Source: Octopus sinensis (taxonomy: Eukaryota). From it: a stretch of 64,000 nt of DNA. Of the stretch, positions 1 to 12,751 are shown in pieces; within the stretch, counting starts at the first letter, position 1, and every line of letters begins with the position of its first letter. The notes beneath the pieces are model-generated. The model ran no database searches. It saw only the letters and a list, made by a program, of their open reading frames with translations, and was not told where the DNA came from. A program made the translations under genes and the position numbers. Location of the stretch: positions 27,032,001 through 27,096,000 of the forward strand of contig NC_043010.1 of assembly GCF_006345805.1 (NCBI RefSeq). The letters run 5' to 3'.

Positions 1-2050
1 TCACAGCCCATGTTTCACTACCGTGAAGCATGGCAGTTCGCACACATGCGTCATACAATCTACCTTTCACTCTGAGCGAGAGACCCTTTGTCGCCAGTAG
101 GGGTAGGAGCTTTCTAAACTTCGTCCGGGCTATTCGTATTCTAGTGATGACACTCTCTGAGCATCCACCTCCACCACTAACTTGGTCACCCAGGTAGCAG
201 AAACTATCAACTACTTCTAGTTTCTCCCCCTGGAGTGTAATGGAATCTGTTTTCTGGGTATCTGTGGTGTCTATTGTCCCTGTGCATCTGCCGCACATGA
301 AAGCTATCTTATCAGTTAATTTCCCTTTGATATTGCTGCACCTCTTATGCGTCCATAGCTTACACTGGGTACATCTTATGGAGTTTCTACTTACACCTTT
401 CCTACAGATCGAGCAGGGCCACCTGCCCGAGGGGTGTGTGTGCTGAGTTCGCCTTTCTGCTTACTATAACTTTGGTCTTTGCTACATTTACTCTAAGGCC
501 TTTTGATTCTAACCCTTGCTTCCACACCCAAAATTTCTTTTCTAGTTCCGGTAGTGATTCTGCTATGACAGCCAGGTCATCAGCATAGAGGAGCTCCCAG
601 AGGCAACCTGTTTTGAATTCCTCTGTTATTGCCTGGAGGACTATGATGAATAAAAGGGGACTGAGGGCTGAGCCTTGGTGTACACCTACTTCTACACGGA
701 ATTCTTCACTATATTCGTTGCCAATCCTAACCTTGCTGACAGCCTCTCTGTATAGGGCCTGTACAGCCCTTATTAGCCATTCGTCAATCTCCAGTTTCCG
801 CATCGACCACCAGATAAGGGATCGGGGAACCCTGTCAAAGGCTTTTTCCAAGTCCACAAAAGCTACATAGAGGGGTTTTTCTTTAGCTAGGTACTTCTCC
901 TGCAGTTGTTGAACCAGGAATATAGCATCAGTGGTGCTTCTACCCGGCACAAAACCGAACTGCATCTCATCTAAGCAAATTCTCTCCCTAATGAGATGGG
1001 TTATGACCCTCTCTGTGACCTTCATCACCTGATCCAACAGTTTAATACTCCTGTAGTTAGTTCTATCTAGAGCATCACCCTTACCCTTGTAGCAGTTGAC
1101 TATGGTGCTGCTACGCTGAACTACGGTGCTGAACTACCTGGTTTACAATGCGGGTGACTAGGCCATAGCCCACATAACCAGCTGTTTTAAGCATCTCAGC
1201 AGTGATTCCTGATGGGCCAGGGGCTTTACCTGGTTTCATACTCTTAATTGCCTTAACTACAAGGGAGCTGTCTATTCAGATAACTGGTCCCTCTACTGGG
1301 TCAACATTTGGCAGGCTCTCCTCCTCCCATTCATTCTCCACATTCAGCAGTCTTTCATAATGGTTTCTCCAAGCCTCTTTCTTTTCACCATCATTAAAAG
1401 CAAGTGCCCCATCATCCATGCAGACACATTTCTCTCCTGTAACATCACTATTTTCTCTCACACACTGTCTAGCAATCCGAAATACCTCAGTTCTTTGGTC
1501 CTCACATCGCTGGACATTGGCAAACTTCTTCTTTTCTGCTACATCTTTGGCTATGTATACCTGCCGCCCAGCCTCCCTTTTGGCTACTTGGTACAGTTCC
1601 TTGCTACCCCCACCCCTCCAGGCCTGTTTCTTTGCACTAATGGCTTTGTCTACTGTACTATTCCACCACCACGTAACTCTAGGTCTGGAAGAGACTTTGC
1701 ACCATCCACAGACTTGGTCTGTGGCACTCAGCAAGCTGTCCCGTAGGAATTTCCAGCTACCTTCTATGTCCGACGTCTGTAGCTCCTCCTCCCTCTCATC
1801 AAATTTCTTGATGAGGATGTCCCTAAATCTCTGACCATGTGAAGGGTTCTTTAGCTTCCAAATCCTTCTTTTCTGGATTGGTCTGTTTCTTGGAATCCTT
1901 CTGGCCTCAAGCCTAAAGTCACTAATGATTAGCCTATGCTGAGGGGTACATTCTTCACCCGGGAGGGTCTTTGTATCTAAGAGCAACCCTGCATCCCGTA
2001 TATATATACGGTCAACACACATTGCATGCATCTGTTTTGTACGCATAAAT
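1..2050 (-). mobile_element. RTE-clade non-LTR retrotransposon, 5'-truncated and frameshifted (APE C-terminus, RT, PHD-like finger, post-RT region)
   Basis: ORF 402-1037 has RT motifs (QFGFVPGRSTTDAIF, FVDLEKAFDRVP, GVHQGSALSPLLF, LLYADD). ORF 1276-2088 has the APE end (PGEECTPQHRL) and the RTE linker. Bases 1-420 read on - strand give WPCSICRKGV...YDACVRTAMLHGSETWAV. Confidence 0.95.
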
Positions 2051-2445
2051 GCTCGTGTGAGTGTGTGTGTGTGTGTGACTGAAGCCATTCAAACATACAT
2101 ACATACATACATACATAACAACACCTGTCTGTCTGTTTTTGTCTGTCAATCACTCATTAAAAAGAAATTTTTTAATCTTTCTCTCTCTCTCTCTCTCTCT
2201 CCCTCCCTCTCCCTTCCTCTCTTTTTAAGGGGACTTAACTCATGTTTTGTCAGCAATAATGGCGTCACTACAATGGATTTCTCCACCGTGAAAATTGAAG
2301 TTATGGCTCAAAATTATTTACCACTATTCGTGGGTGCCTTGGGGGAAAATAATTTGACGAAAATATGGCTAGGGTCATGACGAATGTCCTCCTAAAATTT
2401 GAGCGACATGCGGGCTAATTTGTGAATGTGCATAAACTACAATCA

Positions 2446-2480
<35 letters not shown>

Positions 2481-2505
2481 CCTGCCTTATATATATACAG
2501 ATAAC

Positions 2506-2800
2506 TGAAATGTACTTGCATAGCAAGTGACCTGATCTGAGATCATGTGCTGGAACAAAAACAATTGCAGCATAGAAGGTGTTTATAAACCATTTAAAAA
2601 CACACAAAAACTGTTAAATTCACTTCAACATTTAAATTTAATTTGCCAAAATATTTTCATCACTTTGAGACCGTGACCTGTTCACTGACAAAATTCCATG
2701 CTGCATCACAGTGAACAGGTCGCGGTCTCAAAGCAACAAAAATATTTTGACAAATTATATTTGTGTGTTTCTTAAATGGCTTATAAACGCTGCAATTGTT
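2506..2800. mobile_element. Foldback/MITE-like element, decayed copy of the family at 22265-22592
   Basis: Shares gcaagtgacctgatctgagatc...aacaattgcagc and the inverted arms gtgacctgttcactg / cagtgaacaggtcgcgg with the 22.3-kb copy. Confidence 0.75.
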
Positions 2801-3580
2801 TTATAATATAATTCTTATCTAAGTAAATGAGCTTGGAGTTCTTTTCTTCTTCGCTGAATCCAAGACCCAAATCACAATAACAGTTACAGCTTCAACAGTG
2901 GTGGGGCTGCTGTTATTCAACCCTCTGATCTATCTTGATTATCAAAAACACTCCAGCCATGAAACAAGATGGTCATGGTTGGAATTCCCTTGACCATAGG
3001 TCTTCCCAATTGATGCTGACCTGGGGTTAAAAAACTAGTGGTGGTGGTGGTGGTGAAGGTGATGAATATGATGAAGATGGTGGTGGTGGCAGTGAAGGTG
3101 ATGAAAGTGATGGTGGTGGTGATGACAATGATGATGACAATGATGATGACGATGACGCTGGTGATGACGCTGAAGGTGATGATGGTGATAGTGATGATGA
3201 AGATGATAATGATGGTAATGAAGATGATGATGATGATGATGACAATGACAACAACAACAATGGCAACAACGCCAACAATGACAACTAGAAATACCATTAT
3301 CACATGAAATGCAATATTAGATTCCAATAAACATTTCACTTTTATTGTTATTTCACTTAAAACGTCTCAGTAATTCTTGGTTATTTTGAGACAGATTGTA
3401 TTTTTTGTTAATTTTTTCTTTTTTTTTTTTTGAACATATGACTACAAAAAGTTCTTGACATTTTCATCCATATTATACCAAGATCACTCTCAAACGTGTA
3501 TTCATGGATGATGATGGTAAAATTCTTAAGAAGTGTTTCTTTGAAAATATTTCCATGCAACCTTCATTATCTTTTTATAG

Positions 3581-3608
3581 AAATAAAATTTGTTTGGTTG
3601 ATTCTGTG
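3581..3608 (+). CDS. Candidate short exon of host gene (acceptor uncertain: 3581 or 3483)
   Basis: Strong donor GTG|gtgagt at 3609, in phase 0 with the next exon. Pyrimidine-rich acceptor ctttttatag ends at 3580; an alternative AG lies at 3481-3482. Confidence 0.4.
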
Positions 3609-3691
3609 GTGAGTTTATATTTTTTTTTTTATTTTTATGTCTTTTCATTGTTTGTTTTACCAAAAATGTTCCCTATTTGTTTCTTCTGTAG

Positions 3692-3775
3692 CTACAAGAG
3701 AGATTGGCAGTTATGAAAAGGTGGGAGCAAGAGGACCAAGAAAAGAAACGCTATGAAATTTTATTGTCTAAACAG
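3692..3775 (+). CDS. Internal exon of an unidentified host gene (LQERLAVMKRWEQEDQEKKRYEILLSKQ)
   Basis: Acceptor ttcttctgtag and donor CAG|gtaagc; 84 nt, open, phase 0/0; charged, coiled-coil-like peptide. Confidence 0.7.
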
Positions 3776-3894
3776 GTAAGCATTTGATTGGGGAAATAAA
3801 TTGGTGGTACTTTGAGTGTTGAGTAATGCTGAGTCATGTTGAGTGATACTGGTGATTGATCGACTAAGTTCTATTAAAGAACTCGATAATACAC

Positions 3895-4040
3895 TACAGT
3901 TCTATATTTAAGAGATGAGGAAATATGTACATTATTTACATTTGACGGATATTTGTCCTCATCTTGTTTGTTGTTAACAAACGTCAGGTGTCTTAGAGAA
4001 ATTTCGAACCTAGATTCTCATTCCTAAGGTATTTTTTCTA

Positions 4041-4087
<47 letters not shown>

Positions 4088-4158
4088 TCACTGCCTGGAA
4101 TCGAACTCAGAGTCTTGGGGTTAGTAGCCGGTGCTCTTAACCACTACACCCTATGTCC
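3895..4158 (-). mobile_element. tRNA-derived SINE with internal (TAA)n; hammerhead core deleted in this copy
   Basis: Minus strand starts ggacatagggtgtagtggttaagagc...gagttcgattccaggcagtgacc (A- and B-box-like), then (taa)n, then a body shared with 21058-21352. Confidence 0.8.
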
Positions 4159-5095
4159 ATGAACATACACACACACACACATATGCTTCTATGTATGTGC
4201 CCATGTGGTGCCACATAAAAGCACCCAGAACACTCTGTAAAGCAGTTGATGCCAGGAAGGGCATCCAGTTGTAGAAAACATACCAAATTAGACTGGAGCT
4301 TGGTGCAGCTCCTCAGCTTGCCAACTCTGGTCAAACTGTCCAACCCATGCCAGCATGGACAACAGACATGAAATGATGATGATGATGATTTAAAGTCATA
4401 CCATGCCGGCGGGAAATAATATCACTTAGTGAGACAAGCTGACACTGAATCAGCTTCGCTGATTGACAGGTGACAGTCACTTAGAGAATGCGCAGGCTAA
4501 AACTATGCACTTTCACTAGTCAGTTAAGGTGAGGCAGTGTCACATGACAACTTGCTGGGGCTGCCTGCTGGAACCTAGTGGCAGGTATTTAAAGGGAAAA
4601 ATTTGACAAGTCAGTCAGTCACCGGCTGACAATCGCTGACAATACATCGAAGAGGCCAGGGAACAGAAGAAAGAAGACATGCACCCAACACCAGAGCTGA
4701 AGACACCTCCGAAAGGGGAGGCCTCGCCACGTCAAAACGGTAAAGGAGTAGGGGCCAAAACCGGACATGGTTCCTCCTGATGATGTCTTGAGCTAACTGG
4801 ATCCTATAAAGGAGCTGTTGTGGTAGCAGACCATGAAACACGGTTGTAATTCCTCCTATAAAAGGATAAGATCATTAATTTAAATTAAATAATGATCTTA
4901 TCAAGTGGCCAGCATGGAAATAAAGACCTTCAAAGTTAATATTTATTATTAAAATTATAACTTAGGGTATCTACAAGATACTGCCATGCTGGAAATAGCA
5001 GCCGTGAATTGACTCTAAAACCACCTTAAGTGTTCACATAGCACTAGGAGAGAAGACAAAAAGACAAAATAAAACTAGTAAAAAATTACTGGATA

Positions 5096-5154
5096 ATTCC
5101 AGATCCCAGATTTCTGGCTTTGCATTTAGAAATGCTTTGCCTCATCAGTGGAAT
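5096..5154 (-). ncRNA. Type I hammerhead ribozyme candidate, intact CUGAUGA core
   Basis: Minus strand: AUUCCA CUGAUGA GGC-aaa-GCAUUU cu AAAUGC-aaa-GCC A GAAA U cuggg A UC^ UGGAAU. Stem I is 6 bp; cleavage triplet AUC; one extra A precedes GAAA. Confidence 0.7.
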
Positions 5155-5739
5155 ATATGCAGAGAGAAACATAAATACATATATATATAAACACAACATA
5201 CGAATACATACATATACGAACGTATACATACATATATATATGCACATATGCATCATGACCAGTTTAAAATGCCTGCTTCTTAATTCCATGTGTGATATGG
5301 TTAAAATATCACCACAGTAAATACAATGACGAAATAACATTAAATTAACAGAAACCATTTTTAATTCTACTACAGTAATCCTTCTCCATATCACAGTTCA
5401 CATATTGTGGTTTATTATTTAAGCTTACGTCGATTCCTTCATGGTGTTGTTTTGCCTTTATAATAAAATAAATATATACAAATTATAAAAATAATTAAAA
5501 TAATATACAGGACAGTACTGTTTCTACTTTGTAGATTTTCACCTATCACGGGATGGTTTTGGAACGTAACACCTGTGATAGTCAAAGGCTTACTGTATTT
5601 TTCTTTGGCAATATAACAAACTTACAGCTTTTCCAGTCTTTATATATATTTGTATGTATGTCTTGTGCTTCTTTATATGGCCTCTATTTTTTTTTTATTT
5701 TTGTGGAGGTGGGTCTAATATTTATATTTTAAAAAGTTA

Positions 5740-6960
5740 TAGTATACGACCTATTTGATTTTCCAAGAGAAAAAATTGTTGGTACATCAGCAGTCAGAGT
5801 TTCACCTGCTGATATTACTGAATTTTTCAATATCTCAAGAGGTATAGTTCCTAGAACTGTGTTGTTGACATTCCAGAACCAAGATAAAACCATCTCTGGC
5901 AGCCGTAATTCTGGATGGAAGTCAAACTTCAGAGAGAAAAACCACAAAATAATGAAATGCATTGTATCTAAAAACCATCGAACTGCAACAAAAGTGGGAT
6001 CGATGATAAGACCCCACTTTGCCAGCCCTGTGCCCACTAAAACCATTCATCATGGGCTCCACAAAGCTTGATACCATGTGAGGGATGCTTTTGTTAAGCC
6101 CCTTCTGTCCCCTTCAACTTTGGTGAACAGTAAAATAAATGGTGTCCAGACTATCAAAAGTGGTCAATGACTCAATGGAACAATGCCATCTTCTCTGTTG
6201 AATCATCATTCATTCTTTTCCCCATTTTGGAATGAGTTTATGCCTGGAGACATTCCAAGGAAACCATCCCTGTTTGGAACCAAGAAGTTGACTCTGTGAT
6301 GGTTCTGGCAGTCATATCATGGAATTCTCTAAGCTCTTCAGTTGTTCTACTGGCAGAGTTAATGCCAAGGCGATCTGGCAGAAACGTTAGCATGCCGGGC
6401 GAAATTCTTAGCAGTATTTCGTCTGCCACTACGTTCTCAGTTCAAATTCCACCGAGGTCGACTTTGCCTTTCATCCTTTCAGGGTCGATTAAATAAGTAC
6501 CAGTTACGCACTGGGGTCGATATAATTAACTTAATCCGTTTGTCTGTCCTTGTTTGTCCCCTCTGTGAGTAGCCCCTTGTGGGCCAGTAAAGAAATAAGA
6601 GTTAATGCCAAGGATTATCTGAGTATTATGGTTGATCATGTCCATCTTATGGTACAAACATTGTTTCTTGATGGAAGTGCTCTGATTCACTTGGTTAATG
6701 TTATTCAGAATTGGTCCACAGAGCACAAAAGTGAAGCAGACCACTTGGATTGATCCACGCGGTCACTGGCTATCAATATAATTGATCCTTTATGATGCAT
6801 TTAGGCACAGCATGAGGAGCTTCTGTCCTCCACCATTGTTACTGAAAGCATTAAAATGAATTTCACTTGAAGAATGGCCCAAATTTTCCCCAAATAACCA
6901 TTCAGAATCTTTATGAGTCAATTCTTCATCATATTAAACGTGTAATTGAAACCAAAAGTA
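5740..6960 (+). mobile_element. Decayed Tc1-type transposase, interrupted by a SINE
   Basis: Fragments DLFDFPREKIVG..., KCIVSKNHRTATKV...PVPTKTIHHGLHK, WNNAIFSVESSF, SVMVLAVISW, DYLSIMVDHVHLMVQTLF and INIIDPL follow Tc1 DD34E transposase order; multiple stops and frameshifts. Confidence 0.8.
6371..6597 (+). mobile_element. SINE (Nin/Deu-domain-like core) with 16-bp target-site duplication
   Basis: agagttaatgccaagg occurs at 6355-6370 and 6598-6613. Core gtcgactttgcctttcatccttt...ggtcgat..aataagtacc recurs at about 7.65, 9.04 and 48.3 kb. Confidence 0.75.
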
Positions 6961-7830
6961 GACCAACTTTAGATTAAATGATAAAACTTCCATTTAACAA
7001 TGAGTTTTTGTTATTTTGCGCAACTCCTGTATGTGTATGTACTTGTGTGTGTGTGTGTGTGTGTGTATATGTATATCTACCCATCCTTCCATCCATCCAT
7101 CCACCTATCTACCTGACTGTTTATCTATCTATTTATCGTCTGTCTATCTGAATGTATTTATGTACGTATGGCAGGGTGTGTTTTTGCTTATACTTCTCTG
7201 ATGAACTGACATTGTTCAGTCATGCCAACCACATCTTTCCTTTTCTCCCATATTATTTATATTCATGATTATTTTTTCCACAATTTTCACTCATTTTTAA
7301 AGACTCTAAGCTGTTATTTATGGAAATATGGCTGAAATTTTTTTGTTCATTGTGTGACCTCATGCCATGGTCCTTCCTTCCATCACAAACACGAGATGAT
7401 AAATCTCTATATATGTCATAGGTGACCAACTCAACAGAGATGGCACTGCAGCAAGGTATTGATGATGATGATGATGATGATGATGGTGGTGATGATGATG
7501 ACAATGACGATGACAATAACAATGATAGTGATGATGTGATGACGATGTTGATGATGATGACGATGATGATAATGATGATGTTGAAGAGGAGGATAGCTTC
7601 AAATTTTGGAATAAGTTTCAGTACTTGACTGGTACTTTATTTCAGCCACCCACAAATGAACAAAAGGCCAAGTCAACTTCAGCAGTATTTGAACTCAAAA
7701 TGTAAAGAGTTGAAAGAGATGCTGATTAGCATTTTGTCCAATATGCAAATGATTCTGCCAGCTCACTACCTTCATACTGAATTTTCTTGCATACAAGTTG
7801 AATTTATAACCCCACCAGAAAAGAAAAATA

Positions 7831-8011
7831 GAGGCGTGGCTGTGTGGTAAGAAGCTTGCTTCCCAGCCACATGGTTCTAGGTTCAGTCCTACTGGGTAGC
7901 ACCTTAGGCAAGTGTCTTCTACTATAGTCTCAGGCCAACCAAATCCTTGTGAGTGGATTTGGTAGCTGGAAACTTAAAGAAGCCTGTCGTATATGTGTGT
8001 ATTTTAATATA

Positions 8012-8042
<31 letters not shown>

Positions 8043-8245
8043 CTTTGTGTCTGTGTTAGTCCCCCCATCATTTCTTGGCAACCAATGTCGGTGTGATTCT
8101 GTCCCCATAACTTAGCAGTTTAGCAAAAGAGGCTGATAGAATAAGTGCCAAGCTTACAAAGGAGAATTCCTGTGGTAGATTTGTTGAACTACAAGGCAGT
8201 GCTCCAGCATGGCCACAGTCAAATGACTGGAGCAAATAAACAAAT
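7831..8245 (+). mobile_element. Abundant tRNA/CORE-like SINE (family A)
   Basis: ggctgtgtggtaag..gcttgc..ccaaccacatggttc..ggttcagtcc...ccttgggcaagtgtcttct head, central (TA)/(TG) tract, ccagcatggcc.cagtcaaatgactg tail; same architecture in more than 8 copies here. Confidence 0.85.
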
Positions 8246-8394
8246 ATACATTAAAACACCTTTGAGGGATTAAAAATTCCTTGCAAAATGCTGTAGGATT
8301 TAGAAAGATAATGATGGTGTTTGAATGTTTACAACACAAACTATGTCAGTTTGTAATGGTGGAAAATACAGTGATAGTGATAATAATAATAAGA

Positions 8395-8725
8395 GGACTC
8401 AGAGAGTGAAAACCTCCACCAAGGCAATACTCTCAACATCCTCTCAACAATTAGCCAGGGATGATTTTTAAAAAAGAATATCTGAAGCAAGAGGATTCAG
8501 AGAGTGCAAACCTCCACCAAGGCAACACCAATGTCCTCTCAATCATTAGCCAGAGATGATTTTTAGAATGAGAAGATCTGAAACAGCACTCAGAGAGTGC
8601 AAACCTTTGCCAAGGCAACACCAACGTCCTCTCAACGATTAGCCAGAGATGATTTTTATAATGAGAATATCTAAAATAAACTCAACTGCTCTCACAAATG
8701 AGAATACTAAAAATGAATCTGACTG
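8395..8725 (+). repeat. About 100-bp tandem repeat, about 3 diverged copies
   Basis: tcagagagtg.aaacctccaccaaggcaa...cctctcaa..attagccag.gatgatttt starts at about 8398, 8497 and 8590. Confidence 0.8.
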
Positions 8726-9153
8726 CTCTCAAAAATTAAGTAAAAAAAAACAGGAAAAATAATCCAGAATCCTTGTCACCGGATTGATCCCAAAATCTGA
8801 TAAGTTCATGCTAGTCACGAAGCCAAACATCCAAATCCATCCGGCAGCTCTTGAGATATCTTGTCCATGGAGAAACCAACAAACAAACACAACTGAAAAC
8901 AATAACTCCACCTTCACTAAGGCAGAGGTAATAATAATCCTTTCTACCAAAGGCACAAGGCCAGAACGTTTGTGGGAGGGTCGTAGTCGATTACATCACC
9001 TCCAATGGTACTTATTTCATTGACCACTGAAGGATGAAAGGCAAAGTTGACCACAGCAGTATTTCAGCTCAGAATATGAAGAGCCTGAAGAAATGGCACT
9101 AAGCATTTTGTCTGATTACCATTCTAATGGTTCTGTCACCTCACTGTTTTAAA

Positions 9154-9195
<42 letters not shown>

Positions 9196-9358
9196 CATCA
9201 TCATCATCATCATTTAACATCTGTTGTCCATAGTGGCATGGATTGGACAGTTTGACTGGAAGGCTGCACCAGGGCATGGTGTCTATAGCTGGATGCCAAC
9301 CACTAACAATAATGATAATAACACCAACGATGAACGATGATGATGGTGATGGTGGTGG

Positions 9359-9389
<31 letters not shown>

Positions 9390-9403
9390 AATTATTATTA
9401 TTA

Positions 9404-9436
<33 letters not shown>

Positions 9437-9442
<6 letters not shown>

Positions 9443-10265
9443 TAGTTTTAGTTTTATAGCGTGCTTTCACTTCACTACCGAGCGCAGCTTTGTGTGCTTT
9501 GGGTATGTGCTGTGATTTGTTGTGATGCTCTGATGGTTATTGTATTGAAAGTGTTCTGCGTAGGATGTGTGCAGTGCCTAGTAGTGCAATTTTCTGTATG
9601 TTATATGTGTTTGTAAGTCCTGGTGTTTTTGTTATGTATTTGTCTGAATATTTTTTTATCATGCCTAATGCACCTACTATGATAGGAATTGTTTCTGTTT
9701 TCAGATTCCACATTCTAGTTACCTCTATTTCCAGGTCTTTGTATTTTGAGAGTTTCTCCATTTCTTTTAGAGACACGTTGTCATCTGCCGGTATTGATAC
9801 ATCAATTAGAAAGCATTTTTTTTCTTCATGATCTCTGACAACTATATCTGGTCTGTTGGCCTTAATTTCTCTATCTGTGCATATCCCAGAGTATGGTTGC
9901 TTTCTCGTTTTCTGTGACCTTTTCTGGTGTGTGCCTATACCATCTTTTTTCTGTTGTTATTCCATAATGTTGACATAGCTTCCAATGTATGTAGGTTCCA
10001 ACTCTGTCATGTCTGTGAATATATTCCTTCTTAGCCAGGACTGGGCAGCTAGAGATAATATGATTTATTGTTTCTTGTCCATCTCCACATATTCTGCAGT
10101 TACTTGTAATATTTTTTTTCATTACATGTTTTTGGTAATTTCTGGTGGGGAGGCTTTGGTCTTGTGCTGCAATTAAAAATCCCTCTGTTTCTGCTTTGAG
10201 TCCTGAGCTTCTCAACCATTGCTGGGATTTTTCTTTGTCTATTTCTTTTGCGTTTAGTTTAGTTT
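9437..10265 (-). mobile_element. 3' end of a restriction-like-endonuclease non-LTR retrotransposon (R4/Dong-like), embedded in (TAA)n
   Basis: CRICGDGQETINHIISSC...RHD (CCHC knuckle), RPDIVVR and IDVSIP (PD-D motif, read on - strand near 9790-9860), KYKDL...PIIVGALG; (taa)n on both sides. Confidence 0.9.
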
Positions 10266-10299
10266 ATTATTATTATTATTATCATTATTATTATTATTA

Positions 10300-10346
<47 letters not shown>

Positions 10347-10900
10347 GAGTGAGAGAGCAGTGCATGCCATCAAAGTGACACTGGAGTAAAATATACGAAG
10401 CCCAATATACCCATCATGACTACCCGTCTGATAAGGGTACACCAGGCACATGCATCACAACCATATGTGTGCGACATGGTGATCTCATATGAAGATAAAC
10501 AGCACATGACCTTGCAGGTGGGGCCCAGTTAGAATTTTCTTCTGGTCGAGTAACCTATCCCGCTCAAAAGGTCCTTGAATAAGGGTTGTTTATGGATGTT
10601 GAACGAAACACCTATGTTTCCAGAGGTGAATTATTCAAACTCCATAGAATCCCTCTCAACACATGGCTATGATGCTCCCCCACTACTTCCGCTCGTGATC
10701 AGAGATGCACATATTGTCAGCCACTAAGGGACATGCTCAACTGGTTAAGGTCAAACAACTGACAAGCAAATCTGTGGTATTGAGCAGAATATTTGCTGTA
10801 GCCCATCTTTTATACCAAGACAAAACAATGTACATGATAACACTTCCAATCAGTTAAGATCAGAAGCCATGAGAGCCACTGCCTGGTACTGCATCAGGGC

Positions 10901-10903
<3 letters not shown>
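10347..10903 (-). repeat. 557-bp non-coding interspersed element, copy 1, flanked by (TAA)n
   Basis: Nearly identical to 10938-11494; both ends abut (tta)n tracts. Strand is inferred from the TAA tail. Confidence 0.85.
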
Positions 10904-10937
<34 letters not shown>

Positions 10938-11491
10938 GAGTGAGAGAGCAGTGCATGCCATCAAAGTGACACTGGGGTAAAATATACGAAGCCCAGTATA
11001 CCCATCATGACTACCCGTCTGATAAGGGTACACCAGGCACATGCATCACAACCATATGTGTGCGACATGGTGATCTCATATCAAGATAAACAGCACATGA
11101 CCTTGCAGGTGGGGCCCAGTTAGAATTTTCTTCTGGTCGAGTAACCCATCCCGCTCAAAAGGTCCTTGAATAAGGGTTGTTTAAGGATGTTGAACGAAAC
11201 ACCTATGTTTCCAGAGGTGAATTATTCAAACTCCATAGAATCCCTCTCAACACATGGCTATGATGCTCCCCCACTACTTCCGCTCGTGATCAGAGATGCA
11301 CATATTGTCAGCCACTAAGGGACATGCTCAACTGGTTAAGGTCAAACAACTGACAAGCAAATCTGTGGTATTGAGCAGAATATTTGCTGTAGCCCATCTT
11401 TTATACCAAGACAAAACAATGTACATGATAACACTTCCAATCAGTTAAGATCAGAAGCCATGAGAGCCACTGCCTGGTACTGCATCAGGGC

Positions 11492-11494
<3 letters not shown>
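10938..11494 (-). repeat. 557-bp non-coding interspersed element, copy 2
   Basis: Direct repeat of 10347-10903 with only a few substitutions. Confidence 0.85.
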
Positions 11495-11525
<31 letters not shown>

Positions 11526-11626
11526 TCTGTTATTTTCAGGCATCACAAGAATTAGTTTCAGACACATTAGATGTTATACTGAAGCATCGTAATGAAAAAT
11601 CCCAAATGACATCTCTGAGGTTAGTG

Positions 11627-11729
<103 letters not shown>

Positions 11730-12751
11730 TTTCAAACACATGAGCGCACATGAGGGGAGGGTATGTAGGTGTTATATATATGTGTATATATATCAGTAAT
11801 AAAGTGATTGTTTCTTATCAGGAACAAAATGTTTAATAGGACTGCTATAGAAGTGCTTAATTAAATGAGCAAATATATAAACTATGGTTGCAGAACAAAC
11901 AAATATAAAATCATCTACGTAACATTTCATATCTTGAGCATTTAATCACATAATGCTTTTTCTTTCACATAGAATATACATGTATAACATCACGGAAGAT
12001 GAAACACAACTCATCAGTACAAGCATATAAGAAAAATATAAGAAAAATGTGTGAATACAGTCTATCAAGTTTAAAAGTTAATGATTAATACTTTAGCGAC
12101 TAAAAAATTTTTTTTTTTTAACATTACAACATCTAGAATAATAAATACATAAAAATATAAAGAAATATATAAATATATAGATATATAAAAATACATATAT
12201 GTAGGAAGCATATAAATAAATAATATATAAGGTAAGATAAAAGTTCATCGTTTAGAAATTTTTTCGATTAAAAATTACTTTTCAAGATAAGGGAAACCTA
12301 TTGTTAAAAGCCAGTGTCCAAGCAAAATAAAGAAGAAACCATATTTACATTGGCCATTTCAGGGGTTCATCACTGTATTTAGTGCACGAGGGGGCATCAC
12401 GATAATTACTCCTTCATCAGGGGTAAAATAAAGAAACACACATCATGTACCAGGGCGAGACCTCCTTATCCAAACCTAACACAATATTGCATGGTTTCTT
12501 ATTTAAAAAGTCATGCTCAGACCAGCCCAAATATTCAAAATTAAAAAAAAAAAAAAAATGTGATCTATATCTAGCCTAAAAATCATACCGTGCTACCTAT
12601 AAAAAAATATATATATATAAAAATTTTTAAAAAAACTACATCTATATATTAACTATATAAATGGCTGTATTAAATTAAATTCAACCTCGACAGTTTCAAC
12701 TATATAAATGGCTGTATTAAATTAAATTCAACCTCGACTGTAAGAGCTAAA

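Noticed and set aside
4091-4158. tRNA gene
   Set aside because: tRNA-like head runs into a SINE body, lacks a clean acceptor stem and terminator, and recurs with the same body at 21 kb. The same applies to 23820-23892.
4775-4860. CUGAUGA...GAAAC...GUA hammerhead
   Set aside because: Flanks (uuccuc / auuccucc) are direct repeats rather than complementary, so stem I cannot form.
10840-10870. U2/U1 snRNA-like snippets in the 557-bp unit
   Set aside because: Only short partial matches; not distinguishable from chance without an alignment.
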